DNA of 64,000 nt from Ilumatobacteraceae bacterium (GCA_963716095.1 CAVQSV010000023.1:383140-447139); one strand, 5' to 3'; shown: positions 10,472-19,465, numbered from the stretch's first letter. A program made the numbers and translations. Notes: generated by a model not told the origin, from the sequence alone.

Positions 10472-11482
10472 ATGACTCGGAATCGAGCGCCTCGCGTCGA
10501 CGTCCACGCTCATCCGGGCCGGTGCTTTCTCAGCGGGACCGCCGACGCAGACCCCGCTCGCCCCGCCCTCGGCAGCGGTGACGCGATCGCCGGGTTCCAC
10601 GCAGCGCAGGACGCCGGGATGGCAGCGGTCAGCTTCGCCACGGTCGCCGACCTTCGCGTCCTGCAGCTCGTCGAGAGTCGCTTCGCTGCTGCCCGCGAGT
10701 TCGCCCCGGGCGAGGCGTACGCCGACCACCAGCGTCAGCTCGAAGCGATTCTCGACGTCGCGCGCCGGGTCGATGCGACCGTGGTCGCCGGAGCGGACGA
10801 CGTCATGCGTGTGCACCGTGCAGGTCAGACCGGTCTGCTGGTCACCTGCGAAGGGGCAGACTTCGTCGAGGACGGCCCCGATGCCGACGCGTTCGAGCGT
10901 CTGCACGAGGCCCACGCAGCGGGTGTCCGATCGATCACCATCGTGCACTACCGGCAGAACAGATACGGCGACCTCCAGACGGAACCACCGCTCCACCACG
11001 GTCTGTCGCACGCCGGTCGCGAGCTCGTCGAGGTGATGAACGATCTGGGCATGATCGTCGATCTTGCGCACGCCTCGTTCGAGACGACGATGGACGCTGT
11101 GGCCGCCTCGCGCCACCCGGTGATGATCTCTCACACCCACCTTGCCGGGTCGCGCAGCGACCACCCACGGCTGGTGACCGATGAGCACGCGCGTGCCGTC
11201 AGCGATGCTGGCGGGTTGATCGGGGCGTGGCCCTCGGGCGTCGTGTCGGAGACACTCGACGACTTCATCGACGAAGTCGTCCGACTGGTGGACCTGGTGG
11301 GCGTCGGGCACGTCGCGATCGGCACCGATCTCGACGCCAACTTCCGACCGGTGCTGACGGAGTACGGGCAGTTCGACGACCTCGATGCTGGTCTCGCGGC
11401 GCGTGGTCTCGGTGCTGACGACATCGATCGGGTGCTCGGCGTCAACGCCGTGGATCTCATCCGAACCGTGTGCGGTCCGTGA
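10472..11482 (+). CDS. Membrane (renal-type) dipeptidase, peptidase M19
   Basis: MTRNRAPRVDVHAHPG..., VTCEGADF, ITIVHYRQN, VDLAHAS, ISHTH, GTDLD. The M19 metal-ligand pattern is present. GAGGGA lies upstream of ATG 10472. Confidence 0.8.
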   Translation: MTRNRAPRVDVHAHPGRCFLSGTADADPARPALGSGDAIAGFHAAQDAGMAAVSFATVADLRVLQLVESRFAAAREFAPGEAYADHQRQLEAILDVARRVDATVVAGADDVMRVHRAGQTGLLVTCEGADFVEDGPDADAFERLHEAHAAGVRSITIVHYRQNRYGDLQTEPPLHHGLSHAGRELVEVMNDLGMIVDLAHASFETTMDAVAASRHPVMISHTHLAGSRSDHPRLVTDEHARAVSDAGGLIGAWPSGVVSETLDDFIDEVVRLVDLVGVGHVAIGTDLDANFRPVLTEYGQFDDLDAGLAARGLGADDIDRVLGVNAVDLIRTVCGP

Positions 11483-11744
11483 CCGGGAATCACCGTCGTC
11501 TCGACTCGTCGTGACGCTCGGTGAGCTTCGAGGCGCAGATGCAAGGACTGCTGCCCGATGGTGTTCGTACTCGTGGGCGTCGATTCCGATCGCGGACGCG
11601 TCACGCCGGTGGTTCGTTGGACTCTGTGCCACGCGACTACCCCACGAGTTCCGGTCAGGTGCGGGTACGCCACCGGCGACGCGTCCGCGGACGGGTGCAC
11701 GCAATTGATCGGCGCGAGACACCCATCACGCACGTCCTGGTCAC

Positions 11745-11785
11745 CGATGAGCGAACCCACCAGATCTGCGGGTTTGGCTCATCGC
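11745..11785. repeat. Palindromic intergenic repeat, family A copy 2
   Basis: cGATGAGCGAAcccaccagatctgcgggttTGGCTCATCgc, 10 nt before the BVMO stop codon. Confidence 0.85.
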
Positions 11786-11794
11786 TTCGGACGA

Positions 11795-13617
11795 TCAGGA
11801 GAGTTCGAGACCGGCGAGGTCGCCTGATGCACGCCAGTTCTCCAGCACCTTGATGAACGCGAGCGACCCGGCGCCATAGCTGCCGTTCTTCACGCTGCGC
11901 TCACTCGGCTTGCCCTCGTTGTTGTAGTAGCCGGGGGTGCACGATTCGAGGAACTTCAGGCTCATCTGCGACAGGCTCACGATCGTGTCGACCCACGCCG
12001 CTTCGGCCTCGGCCTCGGCCTCGATCACCGTCACGCCACGATCCCTGGCCTCGGCGAGGATGTAGGCGAGGTGCTTGCTCTGCTCGTTGAGCATGTGCGG
12101 GAAGTTCACGGTGAAGCCCGACTGCACGTTCGAGAAGATGAAGCAGTTCGGGAACCCTCGGCTGTGCATCCCGTGCAATGTCGACGCGCCGTCGCTCCAC
12201 TTCTCGGTGAAGGTCAGGCCGTCACGCCCGTACAACTCGTAGCCGGCACGACGGGTGTACTCGGTGCCGACCTCGAAGCCGGTCGCGTAGATCAGGCAGT
12301 CGACCTCGAACTCCTCCTCGACCAGCGCACCGGTCGCATCGTGACGCTCGACGACCACCCCGGTCGGCGTGATGCGCTTCACCCCGCGCCCTTCGGTGTC
12401 GATCAGGTGCACGTTGGGTCGGTTGAACGTGTCGAGGTACTCGTCGTGGAAACACGGCCGCTTGCAGAACTGCCGGTACCAGGGCTTGAGCGCTTCAGCG
12501 GTGCTCGGATCGGCCACGATCTCCTCGACTCGTGACCGGATCTGTTCCATCTTCTCGAAGTCGGCGAGCTCCATCGTGTTCGCCAGACCCTCGGGCGTCA
12601 GGTCGCCTTCGCCGCGTCGCACCCGGATCAGGAGGTTGCCGATGATGTCGGTCCACCCGTCGTCGACGAGGTCTTCTGGCTCGGGGATGCCCGAGACGAG
12701 ATTGTTGAAGTTCTCCATCCGCCGTTCCTGCCAACCGGGCTCGAGACTTGCGGCCCACTCGGGATCGGTCGGACGGTTGTTGCGCACGTCGATCGACGAC
12801 GGTGTGCGCTGGAAGACGAACAGCTCCTTGGCCGCGGCGCCGACGTGGGGGACACACTGCACCGCGGTCGCTCCGGTCCCGATGATCCCGACCCGCTTGT
12901 CGGCGAGACCGACGAGGCCGCCGTCGGACCCACCACCGGTGTAGTCGTAGTCCCAGCGGCTGGTGTGGAACGTGTGCCCCTCGAACGAGGTGATGCCCTC
13001 GATGCCTGGCAGCTTCGGGCGGTGGAGGGGCCCGCTCGCCATCACGATGTAGCGGGCCCGCATCGCGTCGCCCCGATTCGTGCCGACGACCCAGCGCTGA
13101 TCCGCGTCGTCCCAACGCATCTCGGTCACTTCGGTCTGGAAGCAGGCGTTGCGGTAGAGGTCGAAGTGTTCGCCGATCGCCTGGCTGTGGGCGAGGATCT
13201 CTGCGGCCTGGGAGTACTTCTGCTTCGGCATGTAGCCGATCTCCTCGAGCAGCGGCAGGTACACGTACGACTCCACGTCGCACGCCGCGCCCGGGTACCG
13301 GTTCCAGTACCAGGTGCCGCCGAAGTCGCCGCCCTTCTCGACCATGCGGATGTCGTCGACGCCGGCCTCTCGCAGGCGCGCCCGGCGAGCAGGCCGCCGA
13401 ATCCGCCGCCGATGATGAGCACTTCGACGTCGTCGGTCAGCGGCTCGCGCTCGATCGGGTCGACGTAGGGGTCGTGGACGTAGCGCTCGAACTCGCCGAC
13501 GACCTCGATGTACTGCTCGTTGCCGACGTCGCGCAGTCGCTTGTCGCGCTCCTCGCGGTACTTGTCGCGCAGCGCATCGGGGTCGAAGGTCGTCGTACTC
13601 GTCTCGGCCTCGCTCAT
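11795..13617 (-). pseudogene. Baeyer-Villiger (cyclohexanone-type) flavin monooxygenase; apparent 1-nt frameshift near 13375-13384
   Basis: N-terminal [12 protein letters not shown]...[17 protein letters not shown] (FAD GxGxxG) is in one frame. [34 protein letters not shown]...[14 protein letters not shown] (BVMO fingerprint)...[11 protein letters not shown] is in another frame. Confidence 0.8.
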
Positions 13618-13660
13618 CGTTGCAGCGTAGAAAGCCACGCCGCCGTCGTCACCGTGCGGG

Positions 13661-13693
13661 TGCAACGTTTGGGGTCGGACACCAAACGTCGCA
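13661..13693. repeat. Palindromic repeat, family B degenerate copy (B4), just downstream of the trkA end
   Basis: tgcaACGTTTGGgGTCgGACaCCAAACGTcgca resembles the ACGATTGGTGTCAGACACCAATCGT core of family B. Confidence 0.6.
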
Positions 13694-13703
13694 TCGGTGC
13701 CGG

Positions 13704-14386
13704 TCAGGTCTCGACGTGGGCGAAACGTTCGATGTCGCCGCGGTGACCGGCGACCACGATCAGGTCGTGTTCCCCAGATGCGTTGCACTCTCGGCGTACG
13801 TGAACGACTGGCCCTCGGGCTTGATGCACACCACGGTGACCTTGTACTTGACGCGAAGGTCGGTGTCGCCGAGCTACTTGCCCGCCAGGTTCTGGGGCAC
13901 CCTCATCTCGACGAGCACGAAGTCGTCGTCGAGCGCGAAGTACTCGATGAGCGCCCCGGTGACGAGCCGCGCCACACGGCTGCCCATCTCGGCTTCGGGA
14001 AACACGACATGATGCGCACCGACGCGCTGCAGGATGCGGCCGTGCTGTGCGGTGAGCGCCTTGGCCCAGATGTTCGGAACCTCGAGATCGACGAGCGCCC
14101 CGGTGGTCAGCACGCTCGCTTCGATGTCGGCGCCGATCGCCACCACTGCGGTCACAGCGTCGCCGACGCCGAGTTGGCGCAACGTCTCTTCGTTGGTCGT
14201 GTCGGCCTGGACCGTGTGGGTCAGGTGGCCCGCGTGTTGCTGCACTCGGAGCTCGTCGGCGTCGATTCCGAGGACCTCATGGCCCATGTCGATCAGCGTG
14301 CCGGCGAGCGCGGAGCCGAATCGGCCCAGCCCGATCACGACGATCTCGCCCTGGTGCTCGACCGTGGGCCGACGCCCGCCGAACAT
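13704..14386 (-). pseudogene. trkA: TrkA potassium-uptake NAD-binding/RCK protein; in-frame TAG (13874-13876) plus frameshift in a C4/G4 run (~13772-13775)
   Basis: MFGGRRPTVEHQGEIVVIGLGRFGSAL...VPQNLAGK-TAG-LGDTDLRVKYKVTVVCIKPEGQSFTYAESATHLG, then shifted EHDLIVVAGHRGDIERFAHVET-stop. The TrkA-N and TrkA-C domains are otherwise intact. Confidence 0.8.
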
Positions 14387-14402
14387 GTTGTGAAGAATGT
14401 TG

Positions 14403-15774
14403 TCAGCCAATGATCGGACGCTCCTCGGGATAACGATACGGCGCTGCACGCTCGCGCAGCGCAAGTGCCGTGACGAAGGTGACGGGGCCGACGCGACCGG
14501 CGAGCATCACGATCATCAGCACGATGTGGCCGGTGGCGCCAATGCTGCTGGTGATCCCGGTCGACAGTCCGACCGTGCCGAACGCCGAGGTTGCCTCGAA
14601 CAGCGCAGGGGAGAGCGAGAGGTCCTCGATGCTCATCAACAGCAGTGACGTGCCGACGACGAGACCGATCGACAGCAGGGCCACGGTGAGCGCCTGGCGA
14701 ATCACGGTGTCCGGCAAGCGCCGGCGGAACACGCTGACGTCGGCCTTGCCGCGCGCCTCGGACCAGAGCACGTAGCCGAGCACGGCGAATGTGGTCACCT
14801 TGATGCCGCCGCTCGTCGATGCCGGCCCGGCGCCGATGAACATCAGCGCGGTGATCACGAGCAGCGTCGGCTCGTTCATCCCGCCGATGTCGACGGTGTT
14901 GAACCCGGCCGTCCGCGGGGTCACGCCCTGGAACCATCCGGCCAGCAGCTTGTCGAACGTGTCGAGCGGTCCGAGAGTGTCCGGATTCGTCCACTCGAAC
15001 GTCGTCACGACGAGCGGGCCGATGATCAGCAGCCCGGCGGTGGCGATGAGCGTGATCTTGGTGTGCAGGCTCCACGGCAGCGGCCGGGACGATTCGCCCG
15101 AGCGACGATGGCGTTCACGGCGCCAGGACTCGACAAGAATCGGGAAGCCGAGACCACCGACGATGAATGCACCCGACACGCTGAGCACCACGACTGGGTC
15201 GCCCACGAACCGCTCGAGGTTGTTCGAGTACAGCGAGATGCCGGCGTTGTTGAACGACGTGATGGCGTGGAACACCGCCGAGTACGCGGCGTGCCCGACG
15301 TTCGTCTCGTAGCCTCCCTGCCAGAACCGCACGAACAAGACCACGGCGAGCGAACCCTCGACGCCCACGGTGATCTTGGCGATCGCGATGATCAGGCGGC
15401 GAAGGTCGCCGATGTCGACCGCGCCGATCTCGGCCTGGGCGAGCATCCGCTGGCGGAGGCCGACGCGATGCGATGCGACCAGACGCGAGGATCGAGCCGA
15501 TCGTCATGATGCCGAAGCCGCCGACCTGGACGAGCAGCAGGATCACCAGTTCGCCGAACACCGAGAACCGGGCGATGTCGGTGGACCCAGTCCGGTGACG
15601 GTGGCCGCGGACGTCGAGGTGAACAACGCGTCTTCGAGACCGATGTGACCCGGGCCGTCTGCCGAGATCGGCAGCCACAGCAGGCGCGGCGCCGATGACG
15701 ATGAACACGACGAATGCCGCAACGACGAGTTGCGCAGGATTCCTGATCGCGGCGAGCGCGCCCTGTCGTGGCAC
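14403..15774 (-). pseudogene. trkH: TrkH/KtrB-type potassium transporter membrane subunit; three frameshifts in the first ~100 codons
   Basis: The 347-aa C-terminal ORF has GFNTVD and SGGIKVTTF. The N-terminus is split over three frames: VPRQGALAAIRNPAQLVVAAFVVFIVIGAA / LLWLPISADGPGHIGLEDALFTSTSAATVTGL / STDIARFSVFGELVILLLVQVGGFGIMTIGSILA / LVASHRVGLRQRMLAQAE... Confidence 0.8.
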
Positions 15775-15806
15775 CGAACGAGCATAGAAGGCGGCATCCT
15801 GGTGGG

Positions 15807-16016
15807 ATGTTCCTCGGAGAAGACCTCCTCGCCTGGCTGACGCTGGCGTTCGGTGGCGCGCTGTTCGTCGGGAACGGACTTGCCATCGTCAAGCCGCCCG
15901 CCAAGCAACTCGACGACTCGAACCTCCAACGGGCGCCGGTGTTGCGCAGCGCGGTCTACGCGGGCATCGGCTTGGTCGCAGCTGTCTGGGCGCTCGCGTC
16001 GCTGCTCAGCGGTTGA
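15807..16016 (+). CDS. Hypothetical small membrane protein (69 aa)
   Basis: MFLGEDLLAWLTLAFGGALFVGNGLAIV...AVYAGIGLVAAVWALASLLSG: two hydrophobic helices. Start uncertain (the track ORF begins at 15768). Confidence 0.45.
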   Translation: MFLGEDLLAWLTLAFGGALFVGNGLAIVKPPAKQLDDSNLQRAPVLRSAVYAGIGLVAAVWALASLLSG

Positions 16017-16029
16017 CCGGTCGCGCCGA

Positions 16030-16642
16030 TCAGTTGTTGCTGTAGACCGTGAGCGTGACCTGGTTCTCGCCGGCGTCGCCGAAGAACACGATGCCGACGG
16101 TCCATTGGTCGTTCGTGTACACGTTGTTGATCGTGTCGTCCGCCGTGAAGGTCGATGTCTCGTCGAAGCCCGCCGAGGTCAACGCACTGGCGTAGCTCTC
16201 GACGAAGCCGTCACCCTCGACCGTGCCGGAGACGGTGATCGCCTGCTCGGTGTCGGACCCGATGACCGATGCGCTGGCGATTGCCAGGCCGCTCGGTTCG
16301 GGAATCTCGCCGGGCCACTCGTCCGGCAACTTCCGTTGTAGCACCGGAACGGAAGCTGCCGTCCTCGGATTCGATGTTGACCCCGCCCGACTCGGTGTCG
16401 ACGTCGCCGGTGACAACCGATCCATCGGCATCGGTGATCACGAAGTTGCCGTCCTCGTCGATCGTCATGCCGCCCTCCTCGGTCTGGACCGAGAACCCGC
16501 CATCCCCGTCGAGATCGAGGTCGACGTCGCCGCCACCCTGCGATTCGATGAGCTGTTCGATCCCGTTCTCCGCCGCGTCGCCGCACGCTGCGAAGGCCAG
16601 CGCGCAACCCGCTACGACGAGGGTGTTCAGCGTTCGTCCCAT
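16030..16642 (-). pseudogene. Acidic putative lipoprotein; apparent 1-nt frameshift near 16326-16333
   Basis: MGRTLNTLVVAGCALAFAACGD (signal plus lipobox)...ESEDGSFRSGATTE is in one frame. LPDEWPGEIPEPSGLAIASASVIG...GENQVTLTVYSNN-stop is in another. Both halves have coding-like, acidic composition. Confidence 0.6.
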
Positions 16643-16779
16643 GCTGTTTCGTCCCATGCCGCGAACTGTAGGACCGCACGGGCGCTGGAGCGAGCGATTC
16701 CTGACCATCCGATCAACTGTCAGCGTCGATCCGCGACGGGTGCGGGGTTGCACCGGTGTCCGAGCGCGAGGATGACGAG

Positions 16780-17373
16780 ATGAGTGGTCCGCTACGCCTG
16801 ACGTTCGTGCAATCTGCCAGCCGGGTCGATCAGCTCCCGGAGTCGCCGGCCGAGGTGGCGTTCGTCGGGCGCTCGAACGTCGGGAAGTCGTCGCTGGTCA
16901 ACGCGTTGGCCAATCGCAAGCAACTGGCGCGCGTGTCGAACACGCCGGGACGAACGCAGCTGATCAACATGTTCGAGGTCGAGAGTGCTCGGGCGGACAC
17001 CGCCACGATGGTCGACCTGCCGGGTTACGGCTTCGCGAAAGCGGCCAAGACGGTCAAGCGAGACTGGCCGGAGATGATCGAGGGCTATCTCCTCGAACGC
17101 GACAAGCTCGCCATGGTGTTCGTCTTGGTCGATGGCCCCATCGGCCCGACCAAGCTCGACGCGCAGATGCTCGACTGGCTGCGTTATCACGGCGTGCCTC
17201 ACACGGTGGTGGCCACCAAGTTCGACAAGGTCAAGTCGTCGAAGCGAGCGACCCGCAAGAAGGAGTTGGCGGCGGGATGCCAGCTCGACCAGGGCGACAT
17301 CGTGTGGGTCAGCGCCGCCAAGGGCGATGGCATCGACGCGTTGCGTTCGCTCGTGCGGACCTGGGTGGGCTGA
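16780..17373 (+). CDS. engB: Ribosome-biogenesis GTPase YsxC/EngB
   Basis: EVAFVGRSNVGKSSLVNAL (G1), NTPGRTQ (G2), DLPGYG (G3), ATKFDK (G4). The start is ATG 16780 or GTG 16756. Confidence 0.85.
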   Translation: MSGPLRLTFVQSASRVDQLPESPAEVAFVGRSNVGKSSLVNALANRKQLARVSNTPGRTQLINMFEVESARADTATMVDLPGYGFAKAAKTVKRDWPEMIEGYLLERDKLAMVFVLVDGPIGPTKLDAQMLDWLRYHGVPHTVVATKFDKVKSSKRATRKKELAAGCQLDQGDIVWVSAAKGDGIDALRSLVRTWVG

Positions 17374-17392
17374 TTTCGTTAGCGTCGGACGA

Positions 17393-18529
17393 ATGCCGCT
17401 CGTCGACCTGCCCTCCGTCTCGATCACCGGAACCGGACTGTTCACTCCGCCCGAATCGGTCAGCAATGCCGAACTGGTCGCGTCGCTCACCGAGGCCGTG
17501 CTGAAATGGAATGCGGAGCACGCCGAGGAGATCGCCAGCGGCGAGGTGGCCGAACGGGCGGCGCCGGATGAGGAATTCATCGTCAAGGCCTCGGGTATCG
17601 AGCGTCGCTACGTGATGGAGAAGTCGGGCGTGCTCGACCCCGCACGAATGCGGCCGCGCCTCGAGACCCGTGGCGAGGACGAACTGGGGATCCAAGCCGA
17701 GATGTCGCTTCCAGCGGTTCGCGAAGCGCTTGCGCAGGCTGGTCGTGCGCCGACTGACGTCGATGCAGTCATCGTCGGGTGCTCCAATCTGCAGCGGGCC
17801 TACCCCGCGGTGGCGATCGAGATCCAGGACGCGCTCGGCGCCGCTGGATGGGGCTACGACATGAACGTGGCGTGTTCGTCCGCGACGTTCTCGGTGCAGG
17901 CAGCTGTCGATGCGCTGCGCAACGGATCGGCGAACTGCGTGGTGGTCGTCAACCCGGAGATCACCTCGGGACACAACAACTTCGAGATGCGCGACTTCCA
18001 CTTCATCTTCGGCGACGCCTGCACGGCGCTGGTCCTCGAACGCACCGCTGACGCAACGTCGACCGATCAGTGGGAGGTGCTCGGCACCAAGTTGGTCACC
18101 AAGTTCTCCAACAACATTCGCAATGACTTCGGATTCCTCAACAGTTCCGAGGTCGTCGACCGCGACCCGCAGGAGCTCGTCTTCCGCCAGAACGGCCAGA
18201 TGGTGTTCCGCGAGGTCTGCCCGATGGTCGCGGAGCACATCAACGACCACCTCGCGCAGCTGGACCTCGCCGCCGATGACGTTCGGCGGTTCTGGCTGCA
18301 CCAGGCGAACTTGAAGATGAACCAGCTGATCGCGAAGGGCGTGCTCGGTCGACTCCCAACCGAGGACGAGGCGCCGGTGATCCTCGACGAGTTCGCCAAC
18401 ACGAGTTCTGCCGGGTCGGTGATCGCGTTCCATCGTCACCGCGACGATCTGGCGCCGGGCGACGTCGGCGTGCTGTGTTCCTTCGGTGCCGGTTACTCCG
18501 TCGGCAGCGTCGTCGTCCGCCGCCGCTGA
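17393..18529 (+). CDS. Beta-ketoacyl-ACP synthase III-like (long FabH-type) condensing enzyme
   Basis: MPLVDLPSVSITGTGLFTPPE... Catalytic triad context: NVACSSATF (Cys), FWLHQAN (His), FANTSSAGS (Asn). 378 aa. Confidence 0.8.
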   Translation: MPLVDLPSVSITGTGLFTPPESVSNAELVASLTEAVLKWNAEHAEEIASGEVAERAAPDEEFIVKASGIERRYVMEKSGVLDPARMRPRLETRGEDELGIQAEMSLPAVREALAQAGRAPTDVDAVIVGCSNLQRAYPAVAIEIQDALGAAGWGYDMNVACSSATFSVQAAVDALRNGSANCVVVVNPEITSGHNNFEMRDFHFIFGDACTALVLERTADATSTDQWEVLGTKLVTKFSNNIRNDFGFLNSSEVVDRDPQELVFRQNGQMVFREVCPMVAEHINDHLAQLDLAADDVRRFWLHQANLKMNQLIAKGVLGRLPTEDEAPVILDEFANTSSAGSVIAFHRHRDDLAPGDVGVLCSFGAGYSVGSVVVRRR

Positions 18530-18544
18530 ACCCCATCGCCCCAT

Positions 18545-18598
18545 TCGTTCGCGTTGCTGTTCGGATGGCACGCCCCATCCGGAGTGCAACGCGAACGG
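18545..18598. repeat. Palindromic intergenic repeat, family C copy 1
   Basis: tCGTTCGCGTTGCtgtTCGGATGGcacgcCCCATCCGGagtGCAACGCGAACGg. Confidence 0.85.
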
Positions 18599-18616
18599 TG
18601 AGGGACCTCGCACCCT

Positions 18617-18670
18617 TTGTTCGCGTGACGTTTCCGACGCAACGGTCCACCCGAAATGCAACGCAAACGT
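18617..18670. repeat. Palindromic intergenic repeat, family C copy 2 (tandem with copy 1), followed by a G-run tail at 18671-18691
   Basis: ttGTTCGCGTgacgtttccgacgcaacggtccacccgaaatGCAACGCAAACgt, then gggtgtgggggtggggcgggg. Confidence 0.75.
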
Positions 18671-18706
18671 GGGTGTGGGGGTGGGGCGGGGTGCTTCACT
18701 GGTGCC

Positions 18707-19465
18707 ATGAGCTTCCAGGTCGGTGTCCAACTCCATCCCCAGGCAACCTCGTACGTCGAGCTGCGCGATGCATGGCGACGCGCCGAGTCGATCGGCGTCG
18801 ACTCGATCTGGACGTGGGACCACTTCTTCCCCCTGTACGGCGATCCCGACGCCGATCACTTCGAGGGGTGGACGATCCTGACTGCGATGGCGGCCGACAC
18901 CGATCGCGCGAAGCTCGGGATGCTCGTCACCTGCAACAGCTACCGCAACCCCGAACTGCTGGCCGACATGGCGCGCACCGTTGATCACGTGTCGGGTGGC
19001 CGTATGTACCTGGGCATCGGTGCCGGCTGGTTCGAGCGCGACTACACCGAATACGGCTACGAGTTCGGCACGGCGATCAACCGACTGCACAAGCTGCGTG
19101 ACGACCTGCCCCGCCTGAAGGGGCGTCTCGAGCAGCTCAACCCCGCGCCGATCGGCGATCTGCCGCTCCTGATCGGCGGCTCGGGCGAGAAGGTCACCTT
19201 GAAACTCACCGCCGAACACGCCAACGCGTGGAACTCGTTCGGTCCGCCCGAGACATTCGCCCACAAGAACGCTGTGCTCGACCGTTGGTGTGAGGAGATC
19301 GGTCGCGATCCGAGCGAGATCGAGCGAACCGTCGCGATCGGTCCGGATGATGTCGACCAACTGGATGCGTACCTCGAGGCGGGAGCGACCCACATCATCG
19401 TGATGACGGGGAGCCCGTTCGATCTGGCGCCGATCGAAGCGCTGATCGCCCGACGCGACGCCTGA
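18707..19465 (+). CDS. LLM-class F420-dependent (luciferase-like) oxidoreductase
   Basis: MSFQVGVQLHPQATSYVELRDAWRRAESIGVDSIWTWDHFFP...MLVTCNSYRNPELLADMARTVDHVSGGRMYLGIGAGW. This matches the typical TIGR03560-like pattern. Confidence 0.8.
   Translation: MSFQVGVQLHPQATSYVELRDAWRRAESIGVDSIWTWDHFFPLYGDPDADHFEGWTILTAMAADTDRAKLGMLVTCNSYRNPELLADMARTVDHVSGGRMYLGIGAGWFERDYTEYGYEFGTAINRLHKLRDDLPRLKGRLEQLNPAPIGDLPLLIGGSGEKVTLKLTAEHANAWNSFGPPETFAHKNAVLDRWCEEIGRDPSEIERTVAIGPDDVDQLDAYLEAGATHIIVMTGSPFDLAPIEALIARRDA

Noticed and set aside
13874-13876. In-frame TAG in trkA as programmed recoding (pyrrolysine or read-through).
   Set aside because: It is a single occurrence in a gene that also carries a frameshift, and its operon partner has three more. 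There are no pyl genes in the window. Simple inactivation or error is far more parsimonious.
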